Source: a virus
Taxonomy: Duplodnaviria; Caudoviricetes
Direction: 5' to 3' (one strand)
DNA length: 64,000 nucleotides
IMG/VR virus record: IMGVR_UViG_3300043388_000012
Span: 18,210 to 82,209 of that record
Each line of letters opens with the position of its first letter. Position 1 is the stretch's first letter. Both the position numbers and the translations under genes were made by a program. The notes beneath the pieces were generated by a model. That model was given only the letters and a program-made list of their open reading frames with translations, did not search any database and was not told the DNA's origin. This document shows, in pieces, positions 37,638 through 45,953 of the stretch.

Positions 37638-37694
37638 GCGGGAGGTATATATACCTCCCGCACATCGGCGTTTCACCTACAGGTATATATACCT
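37638..37694. repeat. Perfect 24-bp palindrome plus a second 14-bp core copy
   Basis: GCGGGAGGTATATATACCTCCCGC (37638-37661) and AGGTATATATACCT (37681-37694). Confidence 0.9.
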
Positions 37695-37752
37695 CTCCCG
37701 GAACTTCAGAGATCGGCTTGCGTGTGTACCGGATGCGGGACACAATCTGATC

Positions 37753-38124
37753 ATGAGCAACGCGGTCAAGTTCCTCGGTACCTCGGATGAAGTCACAACC
37801 TGTGACTGCTGCGGCAAGGCGAATCTCAAGAGCACGGTCGCTCTGTCCATCGATGAAGCCGAGCCTGTGCATTTCGGCGTTACCTGTGCGGCGCGCGCGT
37901 TGAAGACTGGCGTAAACGAGGTCAAGCGCGGCACTGCTGCAGCCGACCGGGAGCGCGCAGAAGCGGAGCGCAAAGCACGCGCCGAAGCGGAGCGAGTTGC
38001 TTCGGCTCCTTGGTACGCCTTCCTTGCGGCTCACGGCATGGGCGACAACAACTTCAGCCGCATCGAGTCACTTGGCGGCTACAAGGCGGCGCGCGCGCGG
38101 TTCGAGGCGGAGCAGGGCAAGTAG
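37753..38124 (+). CDS. Cassette R5: Zn-ribbon protein (leaderless)
   Basis: CDCCGK.NLK.TV...HFG.TCA; ATG 6 nt after CACAAT. Confidence 0.8.
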   Translation: MSNAVKFLGTSDEVTTCDCCGKANLKSTVALSIDEAEPVHFGVTCAARALKTGVNEVKRGTAAADRERAEAERKARAEAERVASAPWYAFLAAHGMGDNNFSRIESLGGYKAARARFEAEQGK

Positions 38125-38190
38125 GATACCGGCTCCAGAATCGGATCGGGGCGGCTTGCGATAGTCCCGCATCCGGGACACTATGACTGC

Positions 38191-38439
38191 ATGGACACAG
38201 CAAACACGGCGGAACGGTTGGCGGCGAAACTGACTCAGGAACTGAATCGGATCGTGGGCGACCGGGGCAAGGTTATCCACGTTGTCACCGAAGGTCTCGG
38301 GCATGGCTGGTGTGTGGTCTTCGACACGGAACATGCCGCGCTCAAGGCGTACCACACCTACAGGTACTCGAAGGGTATTACCTTCGGCGAGTCGAAGAAC
38401 CTGAACGGCTGGTATATCTCGACTGAACCCACGGTGTAG
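38191..38439 (+). CDS. Cassette R6: hypothetical protein (leaderless)
   Basis: ATG 6 nt after CACTAT. Confidence 0.75.
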   Translation: MDTANTAERLAAKLTQELNRIVGDRGKVIHVVTEGLGHGWCVVFDTEHAALKAYHTYRYSKGITFGESKNLNGWYISTEPTV

Positions 38440-38494
38440 GCACAATCGGATCGGGGCCCTTGCATGGGTCCCGCATCCGGGACACAATCTATTC

Positions 38495-38764
38495 ATGCAA
38501 TCGAATCAAGCAACGCAGACGAAGACGAAGAAGCCGAGCAAAACTGCCATGAAGTTCCTCGGCCTTGCCGCCAAGGTCAACAGCTGGTCGCACAAGCTCG
38601 AAGGTACGCACATCGCCAACATGAAAGATTGGTGGATTGAGCTTGAAGCCGCGGGTTACTGCGAGATCACGCACACGGTAGGTGCGATGTGGTGCAAGAT
38701 TACGCCTGCCGGTCGCATCGCACTCGACGCGCACATCGCATCGGGCGGTAAGGTAGCGCGCTGA
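38495..38764 (+). CDS. Cassette R7: winged-helix-like protein (leaderless)
   Basis: ELEAAGY...ITPAGR wing-like motif; ATG 6 nt after CACAAT. Confidence 0.7.
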   Translation: MQSNQATQTKTKKPSKTAMKFLGLAAKVNSWSHKLEGTHIANMKDWWIELEAAGYCEITHTVGAMWCKITPAGRIALDAHIASGGKVAR

Positions 38765-38857
38765 AATCCTAAGGGATGACGGGGGGAGCAGGACGGCTCC
38801 CCCAGAATCGGCATTGCTCGGCTTGCATATCTGTCCCCCATGCGGGATAGTTACTGC

Positions 38858-39283
38858 ATGGACAGCAACGCAGTACTGGTTGATGTGACTCGGTTCATGT
38901 ACGCGGGAAACGCGAGTTTCACCGTAGTTTCCAACGCGACGGGCGTGCGCTTCACGTTCAAGGTTCGCGCCAAGGAAGTCGAAGGCGGCGCCACGCTTCA
39001 CTTTGTGTCGGTCCTGACAGGCTCCGATAACGAGAGCGATTACACGTTCCTCGGAACCATCTTCAACCGCACGAGCTTCCGGCATGGCGCGCGATCGAGC
39101 ATCGGAGTGGCAGCGCCATCGGCGAAGGCCTTTGCATGGTTCTTCCGCAATGTTGCAGGCGGTAAGCTGCAAGGCGCGACAGTGCATCACGAAGGCCGCT
39201 GCGGCCGCTGCGGCCGGAAGCTGACGGTTCCTGAGTCGATCCTGACCGGGCTAGGGCCCGAGTGCGCTGGTAAGGCGGCCTGA
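38858..39283 (+). CDS. Cassette R8: DUF6011-like protein (leaderless)
   Basis: C-terminal CGRCGRKLTVPESILTGLGPECA; ATG 6 nt after GATAGT; hairpin near 39298-39321. Confidence 0.8.
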   Translation: MDSNAVLVDVTRFMYAGNASFTVVSNATGVRFTFKVRAKEVEGGATLHFVSVLTGSDNESDYTFLGTIFNRTSFRHGARSSIGVAAPSAKAFAWFFRNVAGGKLQGATVHHEGRCGRCGRKLTVPESILTGLGPECAGKAA

Positions 39284-39412
39284 TAGCGAGCAACCCGGAG
39301 GCGGCAAGGAAGCCGCTTCCCAGCTCGCTGGAGCGGAGCAGGAGAGCGGGAAGCTAGCTCAACCTGTCCCGCAAATAGCGCGGCTCTCCGAGCCTGTGAG
39401 AGCTTCCGGTCA

Positions 39413-40120
39413 GTGGAGACAGCAACCCGATCGAAGCCGAAGCCGCGCACGAGACTGAAGCAGAGCTCGCCAAAATCGAGACCGCCGATCGAGCTGAAGT
39501 CGAGACCGCCGAAGCAGGCGAAGTCGAGACCGCCAAAAGCCGATCGGAGTGTATCCTCGAGGTTACACGTGCAGATGGTTCCGCTGAGTCAGCTCCTAGA
39601 GTGGCCAGGAAACCCTAAAGAGCACGACTTGGAGACTCTGGGGGAGAGTTTCGAGAGGTTCGGCTACGTCGAGCCTATCGTGTATGACGAAGGCAGTAAG
39701 CGGATCGTTGCTGGCCACGGTAGGCGCGAAAAGTTGCTGGCATGGAAGCAGAGCGGGAAAGCTCCCCCTGCTCGTGTCGTTGTGCGTAATGGCGAGTGGT
39801 ATGTGCCTGTGCTGCGCGGAGTCTCGTTTCCAAACGCACACGAAGCCGAAGCGTACCTACTCACCAGCAACCAAGGTGTGATCCGAGGGGGGTACAACGC
39901 AACCGCGCTCGCAGAGATGCTCTCCAGACATGTGGATGATTCGAACGGTATCGGTTGGAGCTCCGACGAGATCAGCGACCTGATAGGCAAAGCGCAGAAG
40001 GCCGCTCAAACGTCTTACAACGAGTCGATCGCTCCGGATGAACCGGAAGCATACGAGCAACCGAAGCCCGTTACGCATACCTGTCAGAACTGCGGAGCGA
40101 CGGTTGCCTGCAATCAATAG
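39413..40120 (+). CDS. ParB/Srx N-terminal-domain protein with C-terminal Zn ribbon
   Basis: WPGNPKEH...FGYVEPIVYD...IVAGHGR; HTCQNCG. Start may be 39569/39575. Confidence 0.8.
   Translation: METATRSKPKPRTRLKQSSPKSRPPIELKSRPPKQAKSRPPKADRSVSSRLHVQMVPLSQLLEWPGNPKEHDLETLGESFERFGYVEPIVYDEGSKRIVAGHGRREKLLAWKQSGKAPPARVVVRNGEWYVPVLRGVSFPNAHEAEAYLLTSNQGVIRGGYNATALAEMLSRHVDDSNGIGWSSDEISDLIGKAQKAAQTSYNESIAPDEPEAYEQPKPVTHTCQNCGATVACNQ
39476..39534 (+). repeat. TCGAGACCGCC x3 at 24-bp period
   Basis: Copies start at 39476, 39500 and 39524. Confidence 0.85.
39550..39567. repeat. Motif B copy 5
   Basis: TGTATCCTCGAGGTTACA immediately before GTG 39569. Confidence 0.9.
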
Positions 40121-40186
40121 CGCGGTGATCTCGAAGCTCAAAACGTGCAGGTGTTACGCTCCAGTCGTTTGGAGGCTTGAGAACCA

Positions 40187-40489
40187 ATGCGGCTTGAATC
40201 GTATCCACTCAACATTAAAGCGACAGCTGGCAACGGAACGTCGCAGCTAGTTCGCGACTTGCGTGAGAAATACGTTCAGATCGGCGGCGGAGCGTTCACA
40301 GGCTCGTTGCAAGTCGAAGTGAGCTTGAACGGCGGCACTGACTATTTCGCGTCGGGCGCTGCGATCACTGCTCCGATCGTGTTCAGCATCCCAGAGCCTG
40401 CGACGCATATCCGCATCGTTACCGGCTCGCTCTCGCTAGGTGCCCCGACCGCCTGTGTCAACGGCTACAACACCCGAACAGAGGGCTGA
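40187..40489 (+). CDS. Small beta-rich virion-associated protein
   Basis: TGATG coupling to portal. Confidence 0.6.
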   Translation: MRLESYPLNIKATAGNGTSQLVRDLREKYVQIGGGAFTGSLQVEVSLNGGTDYFASGAAITAPIVFSIPEPATHIRIVTGSLSLGAPTACVNGYNTRTEG

Positions 40490-42456
40490 TGGGAGCGGAC
40501 GGCGAACAGTCTGCGGAGCAGCACATCGACGCTTCGCTACCGCGGGAGGTCATCGTCAAGGCATACGCGATCGGCAACGATCGGGTGAGCCTCGAGAAGG
40601 CAGATCAACAGTCAACGACTGACTCGATCTCGACCTTGTTCGGCGATGCGGCGATGAAGATCGATGCGATCGATCCTCCGTATGACCCGGAGCGGTTGTG
40701 TCGTGTGTACGAATACTCGAGTCTGTTGCGTCAGAACGTCGACGCTTACAAAACGAACATCGACGGCTTCGGCCATGTGTTCGAGCCTGTGATTCAGCTC
40801 AAGGAAGCGGGAGCTCGCGACCTGGTCTCTGACGCGATCGAACTTGAGCGCGCTGAGAAAGCGAATACGGGCGCAGAAGGCGGGTTCGCCGAGTTTCAGC
40901 CGGTGACTCCAGATGACATCACTAAGAAGATCGAGGCGCTCAAGTACCTAATGCGCCTCGAAGAAGCTCGTATCAAGAGCTTCTTCCAATCGTGCGTTGC
41001 AGAAGAAAGCTTCACTTCACTTCGTCGTAAAACTCGAGAAGACATCGAGGTCACAGGTAACGGTTACTGGGAAGTGCTCCGCAACGATGCTGGCGGGATT
41101 TCGCAGTTCGTACACATGCCAGCTCGCTCGGTTCGAGTCACGAAGAACAAGGGCAACCCGGCTACCGTCTCGCAGCAGGTTCGTACAGGTCTCTTCACGT
41201 TCCGAACCGAGACCTATCGGCGGAAGTTTCGACGCTACGTGCAGACGAGCGGCGATGATTCGCGCTACTTCAAAGAGTTCGGAGACCCTGCAGTCGTATC
41301 GAGCAAGTCAGGCCGTGAGTTCGCAACACTCGAAGAACTGCAGGCCGCAGAAGAAGGCGTCGACGCTGCAAACGAGGTCTTTCACTTCAAGATTCACAGC
41401 GTGAAGAGTGGCGCCTATGGCGTGCCTCGTTGGATCGGCAACCTGCTAAGTGTGCTCGGCTCTCGCAGTGCCGAAGAAGTGAATCTCGCGTACTTCAACA
41501 ACAAGAGTGTGCCTCCGATGGCCATTCTCGTCTCAGGCGGTAGGCTCGGCGAAGAGTCGGTCAAGCGCATCGAAGACTTCGTTGAGACGAAGCTCAAAGG
41601 CGCGAACAACTTTCATAAAATCCTCGTGATCGAGGCGGAGACTACAGCCGGCTCGCTCGGTATGGCAGAGAACACTGGGAGCATGCGCGTCGAGATCAAG
41701 ACACTGACCGACGCGCAACTCAAAGATGGTTTGTTTCTGCAGTATGACGCGGCGAACATGGATAAGGTCGGCATGGGCTTTCGCCTGCCGCGCTTGCTCC
41801 GCGGCGACATCCGAGACTTCAACCGCGCATCCGCGGAAGCCGCGCTCGACTTCGCTGAGTCACAAGTCTTCGTGCCTGAACGCAACGACTTCGACTTCGC
41901 TATGAACCGGTTCATTCTGCCCTGCTTCGGGATCAAATATTGGACGTTCAAGTCCAATGGCCCGCGGCTCTCTGATGCGCAGAGTTGGGGTGAGATGATC
42001 ACGAAGCTCACGACCGCGGGCATCCTCACTCCCGAAGACGCCCGTGAACTCGTAGGCAAGAAGGTGCTCGCCTCCGAGCTGGCGGTCATCGATGCCGATT
42101 GGGTCAAGCAGCCACTCGCTCTGACCATCGCTGGCATCCAAGCCGACACAGTTCTCGATGGTGAGATCCCGATGATCGATGCAGCCGGTTCGGTTGCTGG
42201 CGGAGTGTCGGCAGATCCGAACGTCGGCATATCGATCGGCGATCCGAGCCTCGCGATGAAGGCGAAGTCGATTCTCGCTCGCAAGGCGAAGTCGCTCCTG
42301 AAGCTCCGCGATGCCTTCATGAAGGAAGAAGCGACTGCAGCCGTCGCATCGTACAAGCGCGAACGTGCAGCCGAGCAGGCGGCGAGCGGAGAGCTCGTGA
42401 TCAAGATGTCTGCGGCTGACATCGCATCTCAGCTCGGTATCACGAAGGTCTCGTAA
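40489..42456 (+). CDS. Portal protein (PBSX-like)
   Basis: PPYDP...LRQNVDA...IDGFG, YGVPRW, YFNNKSVPPMAILVSGG; position in the head module. Confidence 0.9.
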   Translation: MGADGEQSAEQHIDASLPREVIVKAYAIGNDRVSLEKADQQSTTDSISTLFGDAAMKIDAIDPPYDPERLCRVYEYSSLLRQNVDAYKTNIDGFGHVFEPVIQLKEAGARDLVSDAIELERAEKANTGAEGGFAEFQPVTPDDITKKIEALKYLMRLEEARIKSFFQSCVAEESFTSLRRKTREDIEVTGNGYWEVLRNDAGGISQFVHMPARSVRVTKNKGNPATVSQQVRTGLFTFRTETYRRKFRRYVQTSGDDSRYFKEFGDPAVVSSKSGREFATLEELQAAEEGVDAANEVFHFKIHSVKSGAYGVPRWIGNLLSVLGSRSAEEVNLAYFNNKSVPPMAILVSGGRLGEESVKRIEDFVETKLKGANNFHKILVIEAETTAGSLGMAENTGSMRVEIKTLTDAQLKDGLFLQYDAANMDKVGMGFRLPRLLRGDIRDFNRASAEAALDFAESQVFVPERNDFDFAMNRFILPCFGIKYWTFKSNGPRLSDAQSWGEMITKLTTAGILTPEDARELVGKKVLASELAVIDADWVKQPLALTIAGIQADTVLDGEIPMIDAAGSVAGGVSADPNVGISIGDPSLAMKAKSILARKAKSLLKLRDAFMKEEATAAVASYKRERAAEQAASGELVIKMSAADIASQLGITKVS

Positions 42457-44564
42457 TGCGCCGGGCGGTCACGCTCGCAGACGGCATCGTAGCGGCCGAA
42501 GAACTCGCTTCGGCGTTGCTCGGCTTCTCGGTCCACAAGGCAGTCGACCCCCTCTCTCCGAGTGGGTTTCTGCTCATCGGGCAGAAGGTAGCTAAGCAAC
42601 TCGAGAACGCGGTCAAAGGCGCAGAAGCGGCAGCTGTCGCGGATGTGATTCACAAGCTCGGCTTCGATTGGACGAAGCTCTCCCCCGATGCGGCAACCGC
42701 TGCGATGAACGCCGTAAACAAGGCGATCGGCGATGCCTACGCGAAGCACATCCTACCGAAAATCAACGAGACGCTAGAGGTCGAAGGCCCGAAGGTGATG
42801 GGCGCGACGAAGAAGTCGGTCAAGGTACACCAGAAGATCGAGATCTCCGGAGACCTTGCACAGCGTGATCTCGTCGCAGAAAAGGCGATCCGCAACTCAC
42901 ACGTGAACTTCATCCGAGACTCAGCCGGAGACCGCGCGGCTACGCTCTCGAAGAAGGCTCGTTCGATGGTCGCTACTGGTCTCGGGCAGGGGCTAGGCAC
43001 AGACCAGATCGGGAAGGACTTGCATGCATTCTTCCGGGAGAACATCCCGCGACCGCCGTCTTACTGGCGCACGGTCGCTGATTCGTTCGTCGGCAGGGCC
43101 CGAGCTTCTTCGCAGATCTACGCATACGAGACCGCGAAGATTCAGAGCTTCGAAGTCGTCGCTGTCATCGATGAAGTGACTACAGACCAATGTCGATTCA
43201 TGAACGGCAAAGTCTTCTCGGTCACGGTTGGGCGAGCGCTCGTAGAGACGATGAACGCGCTCGAAGAGCCGGAGGATGTGAAGTATGCCGCTCCGTGGAT
43301 TCGTAAGGGCAGAGACGATGCAGGCAACATGCGGCTCTTCGTGCCGCACTCGAACGGCACAACGACAACCATCGCGAAGATCGATCGTAGCGGCGTAGGG
43401 CGCGCCGACGATGCAGGCAAGTTCAGCGGCGGCAAGGATGCAGACGGGCTAGGCAAGCTTGGCGTCTCGTTGCCGCCCTACCATGGCCGATGCCGCACGG
43501 TGATCGTTGCTGCGGCGGAGACGTTCGAGCAAGGCGCTCCGGTGATGGTACCGGGAGCTGACCTAGAGCCGACTCCTGCTGCAGAGCCGGTAGCAACTCA
43601 TTCGGCGGAGCCGGAGACTCTGGAGGTCAACCAACCAGCTGCTTGGATGACGGCAGAGACTCTCGACGTCACAGAAGAGATCGCTCTAAAAGGCAGTGCT
43701 ACCGATGTTCGTCGGCTCGTTGTTCAGGACGGCGAAGCCAAACACAAAGCTATTTGGAAGTCCGTTACAGGAGAGTTCCGACACGAAAACGAGTGGGGCA
43801 GACCTCTGCGAGATGGTGTCAAAGCAGGCACTTTCTATCAGCGCGAAGCAGCTGCGTTCGACTTTGACTCCCTGCTTGGCGGAGAGACGGTCATCCCTAT
43901 GACCGTTGCTCGCAACCGAGGAACTATGCCGGGAAGCTTGCAGGCGTTCGTACCGAAGTCGAAGACGACTAACCTGACTGATTGGAAGGCTGATGGAGGG
44001 GGCACTGTTGCGTATACTCCTGACGATAAGCTAGCCCTCAAGCTCGCCGCAGACCCTGACGTTCGTCGACAGTTTCTGCTCGATGCGCTGATGGCAAACG
44101 ATGACCGGCATGGAGCGAATACCCTCTGGCGAAAAGTCGGCGATGCGATGAAGCCGGTCGCGATCGACAACGGGTTAGCGTTTCCCGAGAAGCCTTGCCG
44201 CTTCTTGTTCGCGATTGAGAATCGAGGATTTGAGCAAGCCCTCCTGCGGCTCGATGCACACAGCATCGAGTTACTCAACAAGTTGAGCCTCGAAGACGTC
44301 GCAGCCGTTCTCAAAAAGTACGAAGGGATTACAGAAACCCAGATCAGCGCCACGCTTGGTCGAATCAAGGCACTGCAGAAGGATCCTCAACAACTACATA
44401 AGGGTATGACCGAACACGAAGCCCCCGCACAGGTCATGAGCATGTGGTTGAAAATGACACTCGAAGATCGTGCTATAACGAAAGGACCGATCGGCGATTA
44501 CAGCGCATGGGCTGTTCTCTCCGCGGATGACCTGGCAGAGATTGCGAAGCTGTCCAAGCGATGA
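42456..44564 (+). CDS. MuF/SPP1 gp7-like head morphogenesis protein fused to a PI3/4-kinase-like domain
   Basis: AVIDEVTTDQCR and LPPYHGRCRT MuF motifs; C-terminal WKSV..E, REAAA, NDDRHGAN, AIDNGLAF kinase motifs. Confidence 0.85.
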   Translation: MRRAVTLADGIVAAEELASALLGFSVHKAVDPLSPSGFLLIGQKVAKQLENAVKGAEAAAVADVIHKLGFDWTKLSPDAATAAMNAVNKAIGDAYAKHILPKINETLEVEGPKVMGATKKSVKVHQKIEISGDLAQRDLVAEKAIRNSHVNFIRDSAGDRAATLSKKARSMVATGLGQGLGTDQIGKDLHAFFRENIPRPPSYWRTVADSFVGRARASSQIYAYETAKIQSFEVVAVIDEVTTDQCRFMNGKVFSVTVGRALVETMNALEEPEDVKYAAPWIRKGRDDAGNMRLFVPHSNGTTTTIAKIDRSGVGRADDAGKFSGGKDADGLGKLGVSLPPYHGRCRTVIVAAAETFEQGAPVMVPGADLEPTPAAEPVATHSAEPETLEVNQPAAWMTAETLDVTEEIALKGSATDVRRLVVQDGEAKHKAIWKSVTGEFRHENEWGRPLRDGVKAGTFYQREAAAFDFDSLLGGETVIPMTVARNRGTMPGSLQAFVPKSKTTNLTDWKADGGGTVAYTPDDKLALKLAADPDVRRQFLLDALMANDDRHGANTLWRKVGDAMKPVAIDNGLAFPEKPCRFLFAIENRGFEQALLRLDAHSIELLNKLSLEDVAAVLKKYEGITETQISATLGRIKALQKDPQQLHKGMTEHEAPAQVMSMWLKMTLEDRAITKGPIGDYSAWAVLSADDLAEIAKLSKR

Positions 44565-44815
44565 AGCGCCTAGTGCAAGTTGATCCAGAGACGTACAAAC
44601 CCGCGGGAGTGGTCTGCACGTTCGAGCTTGTCGGAGACAAGGTCGAAGTAGTCCCTGCGGATGGTCTCGACCGATGGCGGAACGTCGCAGAGCTCGTGTT
44701 GGGGAGCGAGATCCTGACTCCGAGCGACGGCAAGGCGTATTACGATGCTCTCGGATCGATTCGCGGCTCCTATTTTTTCGTCGAAGAAGTTCCGGAGACC
44801 GAAGCAACCAAGTAG
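44561..44815 (+). CDS. Small protein coupled to MuF-kinase (candidate immunity)
   Basis: 84 aa with ATGA overlap. Confidence 0.6.
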   Translation: MKRLVQVDPETYKPAGVVCTFELVGDKVEVVPADGLDRWRNVAELVLGSEILTPSDGKAYYDALGSIRGSYFFVEEVPETEATK

Positions 44816-44827
44816 TTTCTCCCTGCT

Positions 44828-45118
44828 ATGGCAGGCGAACTACTCGAGTTGATCACGAGTCACGATCCGTCGCTCAAGCAGCGCGTGTTGACACGCGTGC
44901 AGCACGTTATCGCTGACTCGTTTAGAGCAGACAAGTCACGCCGCACAACCTCCGAGGTAGTGCGGCGGTTCAAGATCCTCGAGACCTTGATGCGAGAGCT
45001 CCGGCATGACTACGGATGGGCGTTCGAACGGATTCTCGACGCTATGCCTGTAGCGCTCCGATGCAAGCTCGACGGCATCCCGTGGGCGCCCGATTTGAAG
45101 CGCAACTCTTGGGTGTAA
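44828..45118 (+). CDS. Hypothetical protein
   Basis: 96-aa ORF; its stop lies inside motif B copy 6. Confidence 0.6.
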   Translation: MAGELLELITSHDPSLKQRVLTRVQHVIADSFRADKSRRTTSEVVRRFKILETLMRELRHDYGWAFERILDAMPVALRCKLDGIPWAPDLKRNSWV

Positions 45119-45131
45119 CCTCGAGGATACA
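45114..45131. repeat. Motif B copy 6
   Basis: TGTAACCTCGAGGATACA upstream of the head-assembly genes. Confidence 0.9.
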
Positions 45132-45200
45132 ATCTGGAGCTGCACGGCTTATTGCGATCTGTATGTTGGCCAGCGTCTACTTTGGGCAACAGGAGATCCG

Positions 45201-45953
45201 ATGCCAACTCTTACCGAACAAGTCGATGCAGCGAACGCGAAGCTCGATGCGCTTCTAGCCGCTCCGGCTACCGTCGTTGCTCCGACTGCCGAACCGGTCG
45301 AGATGACCGCGGCCGAAGCTCTGCTTCACATCACTGACGAACTGTCCAAGGGTGTTTCGACAGAGCGAGCAACCTATCTCAAGGGCATCGTGACTGAGAT
45401 CGCGAAGAACAACTTCGAGTCCCATGGCGAAGGCGCCATGCCGATCAAAATCGTCAACGACCCGACGCAACTCAAGCCGGGCACGGCTCCGATCGCTCCG
45501 GTTCAGTCTCTGACGTCAGCGACTCCGGAGAGCAACTTCGCAGACAACATGAGCGCGGTTCAGAAGGTCGCTCTCATCGTGAAGATGCTCACTGACAAGG
45601 AAGAGCTCAAGGCTCGGATCGCGAAGTCAGCGCTCACTGAAAAGATGGCTCAGATCAAGTCGATGTTCGGTCTGACCGATACCGACATGAAAGACAGCTA
45701 CGACGTTCGTTGGAAGGTCGGAGACCTGATCTCTCTGCTGCAGGAAGCGATCAAGATGGAGAACTTCGTTAGCGGAGGCGGCGGCAAAGACGACTCGACC
45801 TCGAAGGCAGAGCCTGTCGCGACTCCCGCGGCTCCGCCTGCTTCACTCGCGAGCACGCCAGCTGCTCCCGACGTTTGGCCGCGCGACATGGCGATCGCGA
45901 AGTTCGACCCGGTCAAGAAGGCATACGAGCCTGAACCCAACGTGTGGAAGTGA
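45201..45953 (+). CDS. Head-region hypothetical protein (scaffold-like)
   Basis: AGGAG RBS; helical with Pro/Ala linkers. Confidence 0.6.
   Translation: MPTLTEQVDAANAKLDALLAAPATVVAPTAEPVEMTAAEALLHITDELSKGVSTERATYLKGIVTEIAKNNFESHGEGAMPIKIVNDPTQLKPGTAPIAPVQSLTSATPESNFADNMSAVQKVALIVKMLTDKEELKARIAKSALTEKMAQIKSMFGLTDTDMKDSYDVRWKVGDLISLLQEAIKMENFVSGGGGKDDSTSKAEPVATPAAPPASLASTPAAPDVWPRDMAIAKFDPVKKAYEPEPNVWK

Larger units (their letters stand above)
32586..39283. repeat. Divergent array of 16 promoter-operator expression cassettes
   Basis: Operator TGTCCCG(C/T)ATCCGG.ACA near 33006, 33326, 33634, 34016, 34400, 34773, 34961, 35373 (leftward promoters) and 35453, 36229, 36628, 37267, 37725, 38163, 38467, 38832 (rightward promoters); each lies between a TTGC(A/G/T)N -35 and a -10 at 16-17 nt spacing. 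Confidence 0.93.

Noticed and set aside
32996-38860. CRISPR array formed by the 18-bp repeats
   Set aside because: The intervals are 80-640 bp and contain whole ORFs, orientation flips, and no cas genes are visible.
32586-39283. Integron cassette array
   Set aside because: The cassettes carry their own promoters, no attC (RYYYAAC...GTTRRRY) structure was seen, and the only tyrosine recombinase is tied to a tRNA attP.
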